Assembly: GCA_965214605.1 (NCBI GenBank)
Contig: OZ243961.1
Span: forward strand, 1,248,001-1,312,000
Direction of reading: 5' to 3'
Length of the DNA: 64,000 nt
Source: an uncultured Candidatus Binatia bacterium
Lineage (GTDB): Bacteria > Desulfobacterota > Binatia > Bin18
Shown one piece after another: positions 1 through 9,287 of the stretch. Within the stretch, counting starts at the first letter, position 1. The number at the start of each line of letters is the position of its first letter. Below the pieces are notes generated by a model. The model had not been told where the DNA came from. It ran no database searches and saw only the letters and a list, made by a program, of their open reading frames with translations. Both the position numbers and the translations under genes were made by a program.

Positions 1-69
1 GTCAGGCTACGTGACAAAAAGGATAGAGAGTACACCCGCCGCCGGGCGCGCCAGCCTAGGCGGTCAAAC

Positions 70-912
70 GTGCCCCCCCTTTCCATGCTGCAGGACGCGG
101 GCCTATCGGCCATACCCCGCCGGGCGCCGATCTCGTGCTGTATTGTGTGCTTTAATGAGGCCGCCAACATACGCCGCTGTCTGGAAAGCGTCAAATGGTG
201 CGATGAGATTATCGTTGTCGATTCCTTCTCAACCGATCAAACCGTGCGGATCTGTCGGGAGTACACTCCCCATATTATCCAGCGCACCTGGCCCGGTTAT
301 GTCGAGCAAAAGCGCTTTGCGCTGAGCCAAACCAGTTACGAATGGGTGTTGAATATTGATGCTGATGAGGAAGTTTCGCCGGCCCTACAACAAGACATTG
401 TGGCGATCTTAGCCCGCAATGATCCAGCGGTTGACGGCTTTTACATCCCCCGTTTAGTCCATTACCTTGGCCGCTGGTGGTGGCGCGGCTGGTATCCCAG
501 CTATCGGCTGCGTTTATTCCGCAAGCCGAAGGTGCGATGGGGCGGGGTTGACCCGCACGAAAAAGTCTTACTACGCGGTCAAGCCGACCGGTTATCGAGC
601 AATATCTATCACTACACGTATGATGACATTACGGACCACCTGCGGACGGTGAACGATTTGACCGATGTTGCCTCACAACAGTTGGCCCAGCGCGGCATAC
701 CGGTCCACGTGTGGGACCTCCTGTCTCGTCCCCTATGGCGCTTTGTGCGTTTCTATGTGCTGAGCGGCTGTATCTGGTACGGACGGGCAGGTTTCTTTGT
801 GTCGGTCACCGCCTCCTTTTACACCTTTCTCAAATACGCCAAGCTGTGGGAATGCACGCTGGGCAAGCCACACCATGAACAGACTCGACAGGCGGGCCGT
901 TTTGCATGTTGA
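70..912 (+). CDS. Glycosyltransferase family 2 (LgtF/KdtX-like LPS core glucosyltransferase)
   Basis: ISCCIVCFNEAANI, VVDSFSTD, WVLNIDADE (DxD), WYPSYRLRLF and HE motifs typical of beta-1,4-glucosyltransferase GT2; start could be ATG at 85. Confidence 0.9.
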   Translation: MPPLSMLQDAGLSAIPRRAPISCCIVCFNEAANIRRCLESVKWCDEIIVVDSFSTDQTVRICREYTPHIIQRTWPGYVEQKRFALSQTSYEWVLNIDADEEVSPALQQDIVAILARNDPAVDGFYIPRLVHYLGRWWWRGWYPSYRLRLFRKPKVRWGGVDPHEKVLLRGQADRLSSNIYHYTYDDITDHLRTVNDLTDVASQQLAQRGIPVHVWDLLSRPLWRFVRFYVLSGCIWYGRAGFFVSVTASFYTFLKYAKLWECTLGKPHHEQTRQAGRFAC

Positions 913-2008
913 CCCAGAACGGGGCTGGGGCGGCGGTGAAACCCAGGTCTTGGGCTTGACCCGCTATCTGCACAGAGCCGGCCATCGGTCCGTTGTTGCC
1001 GTGGCGCCACACGGCGCTCTGTGCCGCCACCTCAACCAGGCCGCCCTGCCCTCCTGCGGGCTGTGGGTGCGGAACGATTTCGACGCGCTGGCCGGTCTGC
1101 GTCTCCGCCACCTGGTTCAGACCGGCGGCTATGAGCTCGTCCATTTTCATACCGCCCGCGCCCACGCTCTCAGCCCGTGGCTACACGGGTTAGGGGTCAA
1201 ACGGGTCGTCACCCGTAGAATGGACTATCCGCTGAAGCGGGGAAGCTGGCAGCGTTTTTTGTACCGTAGCGGCGTTGATGCGGTGGTAGCAATTTCTCAT
1301 CGTGTGGAGTCGGCTCTGATTGAGGGAGGTGTCTCGTCAGCCCGGATCCGTCTCATTCCGAGCGGGATTGATACCGCCCGCTTTGTGCCGGACCCGCGGG
1401 CCAGAGAGCGGATTCGTCACCGCTATGGCCTGGACAGTAGGGAAATCCTTATCGTGTCAGTCGGGGCGCTGGTCGAACGCAAGGCCCAGGCGAGCCTGAT
1501 TGAAGCCGCGGCTCAGCTTCACCGCCAGGGACTTCGGTTGTCGTATATGGTCTGCGGCGAGGGTCCCCAGCGGATGGTGCTAGAGGCGCAGGCACGGGCC
1601 GCCGGTTTGGGCGAACAAGTTTATTTCCCGGGGTTTTGTAGCGATGTCCCAGCCTATCTGGCAGCCGCCGACGTGTTTGTTCACGTTCCGCTGTGGGAGG
1701 GCTTGGGAGTGGCTGTTATTGAGGCACTTGCGGCCGGCCGACCTATTATTGCCAGCCGGGTCGGGGGGCTTCCTGAGCTGATTGAGGATCGTCATACCGG
1801 CCTGCTCATCCCACCTCAAGCGCCGGACGCGCTGGCCGCCGCCGTGGCCCAACTCGTCCACAACCCGACCTTGGCCGCCAGCCTCGGACGGGCTGGACAG
1901 CACAGGGCACAAACACATTTTGATGTCCAGGCTATGGCACGGGCGAACGCCGTGCTGTATGACGAGTTGCTCGCCCCCCGACAAAGGAGATCGACGCTGA
2001 TCCCCTGA
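875..2008 (+). CDS. Glycosyltransferase family 4 (GT-B)
   Basis: GWGGGE N-terminal motif and EGLGVAVIEALAAG (EX7E); start taken at ATG 875 within ORF 797..2008. Confidence 0.9.
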   Translation: MNRLDRRAVLHVDPERGWGGGETQVLGLTRYLHRAGHRSVVAVAPHGALCRHLNQAALPSCGLWVRNDFDALAGLRLRHLVQTGGYELVHFHTARAHALSPWLHGLGVKRVVTRRMDYPLKRGSWQRFLYRSGVDAVVAISHRVESALIEGGVSSARIRLIPSGIDTARFVPDPRARERIRHRYGLDSREILIVSVGALVERKAQASLIEAAAQLHRQGLRLSYMVCGEGPQRMVLEAQARAAGLGEQVYFPGFCSDVPAYLAAADVFVHVPLWEGLGVAVIEALAAGRPIIASRVGGLPELIEDRHTGLLIPPQAPDALAAAVAQLVHNPTLAASLGRAGQHRAQTHFDVQAMARANAVLYDELLAPRQRRSTLIP

Positions 2009-2049
2009 TCCAGATGAGATCACCGCCCCCCTCTGCATCAAGGAAAGAC

Positions 2050-3078
2050 ATGACCCGACACTCGCCCGCAAGACCTGACCTCCAGCCCGTCCCGGATATC
2101 CGAGCCGTGCTGGAGCGCTTTTCCGGGGTGCGCGTTTTGGTAGTCGGAGACATGATGCTGGACCGCTACATCTGGGGTCAGGTTGAGCGGATTTCTCCCG
2201 AAGCACCAGTTCCGATCGTGCGAGTCACCGACGAGAGCCTGCGCGCCGGCGGAGCCGGCAATGTCATCACCAATATCCGGGCCCTCGGCGGCCAGGTCAT
2301 CGCCGGTGGCCTGATCGGCCAAGATCAAGCCGGACAACGCCTAGTCCGAGAACTGGCCACCAGTGGGGCCGAGGTCAGCGGTATCCTGCTCAGTCAGAGC
2401 ATGGAAACGATCAGCAAGACGCGGATTATTGCCCATAGCCAACAGGTCGTTCGGCTTGACCGTGAGCCACGCCACGCCATCGACAGCCGGGTCCGGACCC
2501 GGCTGCGCACCTTCGTGCATAACCATATTAACGGGTGTGATGTTGTGGTGGTTTCGGACTACGGTAAAGGGACGATTGACGCCGAGCTGCTCGGTCTGTT
2601 GGCCGAGTTACGCCGTCAGCACCGTTTTGTGTATCTGATTGATCCCAAACCGCCCAACTTTGCTCATTATCGAGAGGCGAGTTTGGTCAAACCCAATCTA
2701 GCAGAAGCCAGCCAAGCCGCCGGTCTAGCCATCCATAACGAGGCCAGTCTGGTCGAGGCGGGTGCCCGACTGCTCGAGCGCTGGAAAACCCCGGCCGTTC
2801 TTATCTCGCGCGGCGAAGGTGGTCTGAGCCTGTTTCAGGCGGGTGGATCGGTCCGCCATTTTCCGACCATGGCCCGTGAGGTTTTTGACGTCACCGGAGC
2901 TGGGGACACCGTTCACGCCACCTGTGCGCTGGCCCTTGGGGCTGGCACCTCTCTTGAAACGGCGACCATCTTTGCCAACCATGCGGCCGGGGTCGTGGTA
3001 GGAAAAGTCGGCACTGCCACCGTCAACTCGGCAGAGCTCCGAACAGTCCTCAACGAGACATACCCATGCGAAGTATGA
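2050..3078 (+). CDS. rfaE1: D-glycero-beta-D-manno-heptose-7-phosphate kinase (RfaE domain I, PfkB family)
   Basis: VGDMMLDRY..G.VERISPEAPVP, SDYGKG and VFDVTGAGDTV; RBS-like AGGAAAG before ATG 2050. Confidence 0.93.
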   Translation: MTRHSPARPDLQPVPDIRAVLERFSGVRVLVVGDMMLDRYIWGQVERISPEAPVPIVRVTDESLRAGGAGNVITNIRALGGQVIAGGLIGQDQAGQRLVRELATSGAEVSGILLSQSMETISKTRIIAHSQQVVRLDREPRHAIDSRVRTRLRTFVHNHINGCDVVVVSDYGKGTIDAELLGLLAELRRQHRFVYLIDPKPPNFAHYREASLVKPNLAEASQAAGLAIHNEASLVEAGARLLERWKTPAVLISRGEGGLSLFQAGGSVRHFPTMAREVFDVTGAGDTVHATCALALGAGTSLETATIFANHAAGVVVGKVGTATVNSAELRTVLNETYPCEV

Positions 3079-3941
3079 CAGGCTACGGAAGCGGCAGCGC
3101 GAGCTTTCGCGGCGGACGGGTGAGTGCTGAAATACGGACGGTCAACCACCGCTTTTTAGAGATAAAAATGTCGCTCCCGCGCCTCTTCCTGCCCTGGGAG
3201 GACGAGTTCCGGCGGCAGCTGAGCGCCGAGGTCGGTCGTGGCCGGCTTGAGCTGTCGCTGAATCTGAGCGGGCGGGCGCCGCATACCTATACGGTCTCCC
3301 TCAACCGTGATCTGGCCCAGGCCTACCGCCAGGCATTTGGTGATCTGCAAAAAGAACTCGACATCGACACCCCACTCGATCTGCGGATGTTCGCCTCATG
3401 GCCGGATCTGTTCCAGGTCAGCGCCCAGCCGCAACTCAGCCAGACCGAACTTCAGACGGCTAAAAAAGCGGTCAGTAAGGCGCTGCGGAGCCTGGAAAGC
3501 CAGCGCAGCCGGGAGGGCAGATATCTGCGGCGCGAACTGCGGAGCCGGGTTTCCACCTTGAGCAAGATCAGACGGGCGGCCAATCGTCGCACCGGCCGGG
3601 TCCAAGCGGCCGCCCGTCAGCGGCTGGCCGAACGGGTCCAAATCTTTCTGGCCGACACTCAACTCGACCAGTCACGCCTCCTTCAGGAGGTGGTGGCGGC
3701 CACCCAGAAAAGTGATATCACGGAGGAACTCGTCCGTTTACAGAGTCATTTGGAAACCATGACAGATCTCATCACCACTCACGAACCGGTTGGCAAACGG
3801 CTGGATTTTCTGCTTCAAGAGATCAATCGCGAAGTCAATACGATCGGGGCCAAGGTCGATGACGCCCCGATCCGCCATTTAGTCGTCGAGGCAAAAGAGG
3901 AGGTAGAGAAATTGCGCGAACAAGTGCAGAATATAGAGTAA
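3066..3941 (+). CDS. yicC: YicC/YloC family endoribonuclease
   Basis: MRSMTGYG, EIRTVNHRFLE, DITEELVRL, GKRLDFLLQEINREVNTIGAK, LREQVQNIE. Confidence 0.95.
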   Translation: MRSMTGYGSGSASFRGGRVSAEIRTVNHRFLEIKMSLPRLFLPWEDEFRRQLSAEVGRGRLELSLNLSGRAPHTYTVSLNRDLAQAYRQAFGDLQKELDIDTPLDLRMFASWPDLFQVSAQPQLSQTELQTAKKAVSKALRSLESQRSREGRYLRRELRSRVSTLSKIRRAANRRTGRVQAAARQRLAERVQIFLADTQLDQSRLLQEVVAATQKSDITEELVRLQSHLETMTDLITTHEPVGKRLDFLLQEINREVNTIGAKVDDAPIRHLVVEAKEEVEKLREQVQNIE

Positions 3942-3945
3942 CTGT

Positions 3946-4641
3946 ATGTCGCACCAGGCTCACTGTTTTTGCTTCCCCCGCCGGGGAGTGCTCTTTCTCC
4001 TATCGGCTCCGTCCGGAACGGGCAAAACCACCTTGGCCCAGCGGTTGCTGGCCGGCGTTGCTCAGCTGTCCGCCTCAGTCTCGTATACCACCCGCCAACC
4101 TCGCTCTGGAGAGGTCGATGGGCAGGCCTATCACTTTGTGACCGAAGCCGAGTTTGAGCGCTTACGTAAAGTCGACACCTTTGTTGAATGGGCCCAGGTC
4201 CACGGCGCGCTGTACGGCACCGCCCATGCCGTCCTAGACGACGCTCTGGCTCGCGGTCGAGACCTGCTCCTGGAGATAGACGTCGAGGGGGCGCGGCAGA
4301 TCAAAAACCGCTATCCGCAGGCCGTGGCGATTTTTATTCTGCCGCCGTCGTGGCAGGAGCTTGAGAGACGGTTGCGCGGACGCGGCACCGATTCAGCCCA
4401 GACCATTGCCGAACGCCTCCGCCGTGGACGGTACGAGGCCCGTCAGCTGGCGGGCTATGACTACTGTGTGGTGAACGAGCGACTCGAAGAAGCCGAAGCC
4501 GATCTGCTCGCCATTATTCGGGCCGAGCGGGCTCGGATTTCCCGCTTCACCCACTCACCGACGCTGCAGAGTCTGCTGAGTCCGCAGTCGGACCGCTCCT
4601 TCGCTACCACAGTCCCCGCTCGGCCTGCCGGACAAGAATAG
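3946..4641 (+). CDS. gmk: Guanylate kinase
   Basis: SAPSGTGKTT P-loop, SVSYTTRQPRSGEVDG..YHFV, EIDVEGA, IFILPPS. Confidence 0.96.
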   Translation: MSHQAHCFCFPRRGVLFLLSAPSGTGKTTLAQRLLAGVAQLSASVSYTTRQPRSGEVDGQAYHFVTEAEFERLRKVDTFVEWAQVHGALYGTAHAVLDDALARGRDLLLEIDVEGARQIKNRYPQAVAIFILPPSWQELERRLRGRGTDSAQTIAERLRRGRYEARQLAGYDYCVVNERLEEAEADLLAIIRAERARISRFTHSPTLQSLLSPQSDRSFATTVPARPAGQE

Positions 4642-4643
4642 CC

Positions 4644-6800
4644 ATGACACCCCAGCAGCTGATTCACACCATTCAGACCTACCAGCCAGATGCCAACACT
4701 GCCCTGCTGACCCAGGCCTACGAGTTCTCAGAACGCGTCCATCGAGGGCAGAGGCGCCGTTCTGGAGAGCCGTACTTTGTCCATCCGGCTGAAGTCGCCA
4801 AAATCCTGACCGATATGAAGCTGGACGTGCCAACGATCATCACCGGTCTGTTGCACGACACGGTCGAGGATACTTTGATCACGCTGAAAGAGGTTGAGCA
4901 GCAGTTTGGGACAGAAGTGGCTTACCTCGTTGATGGGGTCACCAAGATCAGCCGGATCCATTTCACTAGCCACGAAGAGCGCCAAGCCGAAAATTTTCGC
5001 AAAATGATTCGGGCCATGGATCGCGATATCCGGGTGGTGTTAGTCAAGCTGGCTGACCGGGCCCACAACATGCGGACCTTGTCGTATCTGTCTGCGGACA
5101 AACAGCGTGAGATTGCCAGAGAAACCCTGGACATTTATGCTCCCTTAGCCCATCGCCTGGGGATTTACTGGCTCAAAAGCGAGTTGGAAGACAACGCTCT
5201 ACGTTATCTCCACCCCGAGGTCTATGAACAGCTTAAACGCGATATCGCCCAGAAAAAAACCGAACGAGCGGCCTACATCGACAAAGTCATCAGCATTCTG
5301 AAAAACAAGCTCGACCAGGCCCAGATTTCGGCTCAGATTCACGGTCGCCCTAAGCACTTCTACTCCATCTATCAAAAAATGGAGTCCCATAACCTACTGT
5401 TTGATCAGATCTACGATCTGGTCGCGTTTCGCATCATCGTCGATTCGATCAGCGAATGTTATGGCGTCCTCGGCATTGTCCATAGTCACTGGAAGCCGGT
5501 TCCCGGCCGCTTCAAAGACTATATCGCCTTGCCCAAGGCGAACAGGTATCGCTCCCTGCACACCACGGTGATTGGTCCATACGGCGATCGTATCGAGGTT
5601 CAGATTCGGACCCACGAGATGCACCGTACCGCCGAGGAGGGCATTGCCGCTCACTTGACATATAAAGAGAGTTGTCGAGTGATGGAGGAAGATCAACGCT
5701 TCTCCTGGCTCCACCAGCTCTTAGAGTGGCAGCAGCAGGTCCAAGATCCAAACGAATTTCTGCGCACGGTCAAGGACGATCTGCTCACCAATGAAGTGTC
5801 GGTGTTCACTCCAAAGGGCGATTTACACAATTTTCCGCAGGGGGCTTCGGTCGTGGACTTTGCCTATCGCGTTCACTCTGAGGTCGGCAATCACTGTACC
5901 GGAGGGCGGGTAAACGGTCGTCTAGTACCGCTCCGTTACCAGCTATGCGATGGCGATACGGTTGAGATTTTGACCAAACCGGATCAGACGCCGAGTAAAG
6001 ACTGGCTCAAAATTGTCAAAACGCCCAAAGCCAAGACGCGGATTCGGCAGTGGGTCAAAGCCCAGGAGCGTCAGTGGAGCATTACCCTGGGCCGCGGACT
6101 GCTGGAACTCGGCTTGGCCCGCCACCAGCTTGATGTGACCGTACTGCGCAAACAGGGAAAACTTGAGGCTGCCATCAGGGCCCTAGGCTATAAGGGGGAA
6201 GAAGCCTTGCTGGCCGCTCTGGGTTACCGTCGCCTGACCGTTCGAAATCTGCTGCCCCATTTGCTGTCGCCCAACGACACCAAACAGTGGCAAACCCAGG
6301 ATGAGGCCGAACTCGCCAAGCTCCTCAATCGACCGGTCTGCGAAGACGGCGGGCGGAGCGGGGTCCAGGTCGGGCGCATCGGAGATAACCTGGTTCGCTT
6401 TGGGCGCTGCTGTAATCCTCTCCCTGGAGAGCGGATTCGGGGGGTGCTCACCCGTGACAAAGGCGTGACCGTGCACGAGGTGGAGTGTCAGTGCTTACTG
6501 GAAAGCGACCCGCAGCGGCATGTCGAGGTCAGCTGGGACAATGCCGACGACTTCACCCGCACGGTCACAGTCGAAGTCCTATCGGAAGATCGCCCTGGCC
6601 TGTTGGCCGCCATGAGCGAGGCCATCAGTTCGGTCGAGGTGAATATCACGAGTGCCAATGTCCGCACTTTGTCCGACAACCGCGCGCTCAACCGCTTTGC
6701 AGTCATGGTCCGCAGCGCAGAAGACTTTAAGCGGGTCATCAACAGTCTGGACAAGGTCCGCGGTGTCGTCAAAGTCCGTGAGGTTCGCCAACGTCAATAA
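4644..6800 (+). CDS. spoT: Long RSH bifunctional (p)ppGpp synthetase/hydrolase (HD-SYN-TGS-ZFD-ACT)
   Basis: HRGQRRRSGEPY, intact LHDTVED, KLADRAHNMRTL, RFKDYIALPK, TGS domain VFTPKG, CCNPLPGE, C-terminal ACT DRPGLL. Confidence 0.95.
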   Translation: MTPQQLIHTIQTYQPDANTALLTQAYEFSERVHRGQRRRSGEPYFVHPAEVAKILTDMKLDVPTIITGLLHDTVEDTLITLKEVEQQFGTEVAYLVDGVTKISRIHFTSHEERQAENFRKMIRAMDRDIRVVLVKLADRAHNMRTLSYLSADKQREIARETLDIYAPLAHRLGIYWLKSELEDNALRYLHPEVYEQLKRDIAQKKTERAAYIDKVISILKNKLDQAQISAQIHGRPKHFYSIYQKMESHNLLFDQIYDLVAFRIIVDSISECYGVLGIVHSHWKPVPGRFKDYIALPKANRYRSLHTTVIGPYGDRIEVQIRTHEMHRTAEEGIAAHLTYKESCRVMEEDQRFSWLHQLLEWQQQVQDPNEFLRTVKDDLLTNEVSVFTPKGDLHNFPQGASVVDFAYRVHSEVGNHCTGGRVNGRLVPLRYQLCDGDTVEILTKPDQTPSKDWLKIVKTPKAKTRIRQWVKAQERQWSITLGRGLLELGLARHQLDVTVLRKQGKLEAAIRALGYKGEEALLAALGYRRLTVRNLLPHLLSPNDTKQWQTQDEAELAKLLNRPVCEDGGRSGVQVGRIGDNLVRFGRCCNPLPGERIRGVLTRDKGVTVHEVECQCLLESDPQRHVEVSWDNADDFTRTVTVEVLSEDRPGLLAAMSEAISSVEVNITSANVRTLSDNRALNRFAVMVRSAEDFKRVINSLDKVRGVVKVREVRQRQ

Positions 6801-6853
6801 AGTCGTCGGGGCTCCGCTCTGGTGATTCTCTTGGGCAGTCGGCATCTGATGGA

Positions 6854-7782
6854 GAACACCCTACTCTACGGGTTCTGTCGAACAACGGGGGAGCAGTCAT
6901 GAGTCGTATGATCGCGGGCACAGTCATCCTCATGGTATGGGCTCTCGCCTCCCCGGCTCACCCGCAGCCGTCCGGGCAAGCCTCCGTCACCGACGGCGAT
7001 ACGCTTGAGATCGCCGGCGAACGTGTCCGACTACACGGCATCGACGCGCCGGAGCGAGAGCAGCCCTGCCACGCGGACGGGCGGCCGTGGCAGTGCGGGC
7101 AGGCCGCAACGCAGGCACTCCAGAGACGCATCGGCGGCCAAGCCGTCACCTGCACGCCGCGTGATCGCGACCGCTACGGGCGGGTCGTCGCCGTATGCGA
7201 AACAGCTGGAGGGAGCCTCAACGCCTGGCTGGTGGCGCAAGGCTGGGCGCTGGCCTACCGGCGGTACTCGACGGCCTACGTGGACGAGGAACGGGCGGCC
7301 AAGCGGGGGGTTTGGCGGGGGCAGCTCGTCCCGCCCTGGGAGTGGCGGCGCGGCAAGAGGCTGGCCGCGCCGGCGAGGGCTTCGGTCAAGGCGAACGGCG
7401 GGTGCCGCATCAAGGGCAACATCGGTCGCAACGGCAAGCGCATCTACCACATGCCCGGCGACAGGTACTATGAGCGCACGGTCATCAATAGCGCCACAGG
7501 CGAGCGGTGGTTCTGCTCCGAAGACGAAGCACAGGCGGCAGGATGGCGGCGGACCAAGCGCTGAACTCCGAGGAAAGGGCACCGTGCTGAAGAGCGCGTC
7601 CCTCGGTCGGCCGTCGCCGAGAAGCCGGAGGCTCCTCGGGCCGGACAGTGCCCCACCCGCAGGATCGGACAGCGCCACAGGGGAAGGAGGACGGACGCGC
7701 AGAGCGCAAAGGACGGGGGCGACAGTCCCCACACGAATGGTGAAGGAAGCCCCACGGGGGGACGAACACCCTACACTGCGGG
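6854..7782 (+). repeat. Imperfect 19-bp direct repeat pair (6854-6872 and 7764-7782) bracketing the thermonuclease gene
   Basis: GAACACCCTACTCTACGGG vs GAACACCCTACACTGCGGG, 17/19 identical. Confidence 0.6.
6899..7564 (+). CDS. Secreted thermonuclease (SNase) family protein with C-terminal IKGNI...YH.PG..YY...ERWFCSE domain
   Basis: Signal peptide; VTDGDTL, VRLHGIDAPE, DRYGRVVA, PPWEWR motifs. Confidence 0.9.
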   Translation: MSRMIAGTVILMVWALASPAHPQPSGQASVTDGDTLEIAGERVRLHGIDAPEREQPCHADGRPWQCGQAATQALQRRIGGQAVTCTPRDRDRYGRVVAVCETAGGSLNAWLVAQGWALAYRRYSTAYVDEERAAKRGVWRGQLVPPWEWRRGKRLAAPARASVKANGGCRIKGNIGRNGKRIYHMPGDRYYERTVINSATGERWFCSEDEAQAAGWRRTKR

Positions 7783-8513
7783 CATGGCGAGCCAGAGGAC
7801 GGAAGGGGTGACGGGACCCTGCGGATCCGGCAGGAATACTGGGCGGAGTGGGAACGGGCAGGAATGCAGGCAAAGCTGCCGGATTTCGTGCAGTTGCCCA
7901 GTCGTGCGGTTGGGCCGGCACCACTGGTTCACATCGAGGCGGACGGGGCCGAGGACGCCGTGAAGGGCTCCATCAAGGCGCTGCGGGGGCCTGGGGGATT
8001 GGACGGAGGGCCTGGGCGAGTTCAGCGCATTCCCATACGTCGAATACCGCCGAGGCGTTTGATGCTGTTGAAACTTCTCTCTCCCCTCCCACACTAGCCC
8101 CACCAAGTATCTCCAGTGTTCAGGGACCGGATTTTACCTTCTTTGTGTATTGGGACAACCGGCGTACTGGACAGTTCAGGCCGATGTATTTCTCCATATA
8201 GGAGAACGCTGAGGGTTTAGTGCTTCCGAGTCCCGGCCCGGTCTGAAGACTGCTTGATTTCCAGCAGCATCCATCTCTCGCGCCCACATAGCCCGAGACT
8301 CGCCCACGAGGGTCTGTGATTCTCGCTGCCGGCGAGTAGAGTCTCACTCAGGCAACATCGAGGTTGCCCAAGCGGGTTGGTCTGCTTCAGCAGTACTTTA
8401 TCGTTTTTTGGATGAGCTTCCCCATCTTCTTGCGGCTGTTGGTTTGGCTGGCTGCTAGGCATTTGCCTCTTTTGCCTACTGAGGTCTCACCGTACACGAT
8501 TCCTGCTCAAAAA

Positions 8514-8588
8514 CGCGCCCTGGAGGATTCGAACCTCCGACCTACAGATTCGTAGTCTGCCGCTCTATCCGGACTGAGCTAAGGGCGC
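8514..8588 (-). tRNA. tRNA-Arg(ACG)
   Basis: Minus strand GCGCCCTTAGCTCAGTCCGGATAGAGC GGCAGACT-ACG-AATCTGT AGGTCGGAGGTTCGAATCCTCCAGGGCGCG folds as a cloverleaf; CCA not encoded. Confidence 0.95.
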
Positions 8589-8767
8589 ATATACGGGGTG
8601 GGAGTAAAGATATCACGAATCGGAGCAAAAACGCTTGCTCGGGACGTGCTTTAAGCCCTCTCTCTGTATCATACACATATAATATTAACAAGCGCGGAGA
8701 GAAACGACCGCCCTGACTTGCAATCCAATCTTGCCACCACGCCGTGCGGTCACACGGCTCTGCGGGA

Positions 8768-8855
<88 letters not shown>

Positions 8856-8936
8856 ACAGCGTTGAGTTCGGGTTTGGCTTACAGGAATCCTACCGTTTTT
8901 GCCGGAACTGCGCAACGACTTTTTTCGTCTCAGGCC

Positions 8937-8972
8937 TTGACAAGTGAAATTGAAAATGATTTTCAATTTCAC
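8937..8972 (+). promoter_or_regulatory. TTGACA -35-like hexamer followed by a perfect 14-1-14 Fur-box-like palindrome
   Basis: TTGACA 8937-8942; GTGAAATTGAAAAT-G-ATTTTCAATTTCAC 8944-8972, ending 2 nt before the ATG of the Com-like gene. Confidence 0.85.
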
Positions 8973-8974
8973 CC

Positions 8975-9184
8975 ATGAGTATCCAAGATACATCTCCCCT
9001 CTCGGTCCATGTCCAAGAGAGCCGCTGCCGCTGTGGGAACCTGTTAGCACGACTGCGTCCAAACGGCGTAGAACTCAAATGTCGACGCTGTAAACGAATT
9101 GTGCTCATTCCATGGACTGCGGCCTCCCTGTGGCATGACAGGGCATTTGAGTGGCAGCAAACACAACAGGAAGGAGAGAACTGA
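8975..9184 (+). CDS. Mu Com-like Cys4 zinc/iron-ribbon mini-protein (putative RNA-binding regulator)
   Basis: RCRCGNLLARL...VELKCRRCKRI matches the Com pattern RCxxC(G/N)KLL...IEI(K/R)CxRC; first gene behind a Fur-like box. Confidence 0.75.
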   Translation: MSIQDTSPLSVHVQESRCRCGNLLARLRPNGVELKCRRCKRIVLIPWTAASLWHDRAFEWQQTQQEGEN

Positions 9185-9210
9185 ACCTAGTACACTGATG
9201 GAAACGATTC

Positions 9211-9271
9211 AGCATGCGAGAGGCCAGCGGTCCCACACCCAGAGCCCTGTTATGATTCACCTCATATACGG
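9211..9271 (+). promoter_or_regulatory. Conserved leader element copy A (GAGGCCAGCGGTC..ACACCCAGAGCCC) with a weak hairpin next to the porin RBS
   Basis: 9220-9247 is 26/28 identical to 13977-14004; followed by a TATGA/TCATA stem with no U-tract. Confidence 0.75.
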
Positions 9272-9287
9272 AAGAAGGAGAGTTAAC

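Noticed and set aside
7005-7924. Long ORFs 7005..7811 (+) and 7031..7924 (-)
   Set aside because: GC-rich shadow frames of the thermonuclease gene; Arg/Pro/Gly-rich with no motifs.
7864-8097. ORF MQAKLPDFVQL... as a possible restriction-endonuclease (PD-(D/E)xK) remnant
   Set aside because: Only a short PDF..E resemblance; too weak to call without a search.
6801-8520. att-site duplication of the tRNA-Arg 3' end, or an integrase
   Set aside because: No second copy of the tRNA 3' sequence and no recombinase ORF were seen.
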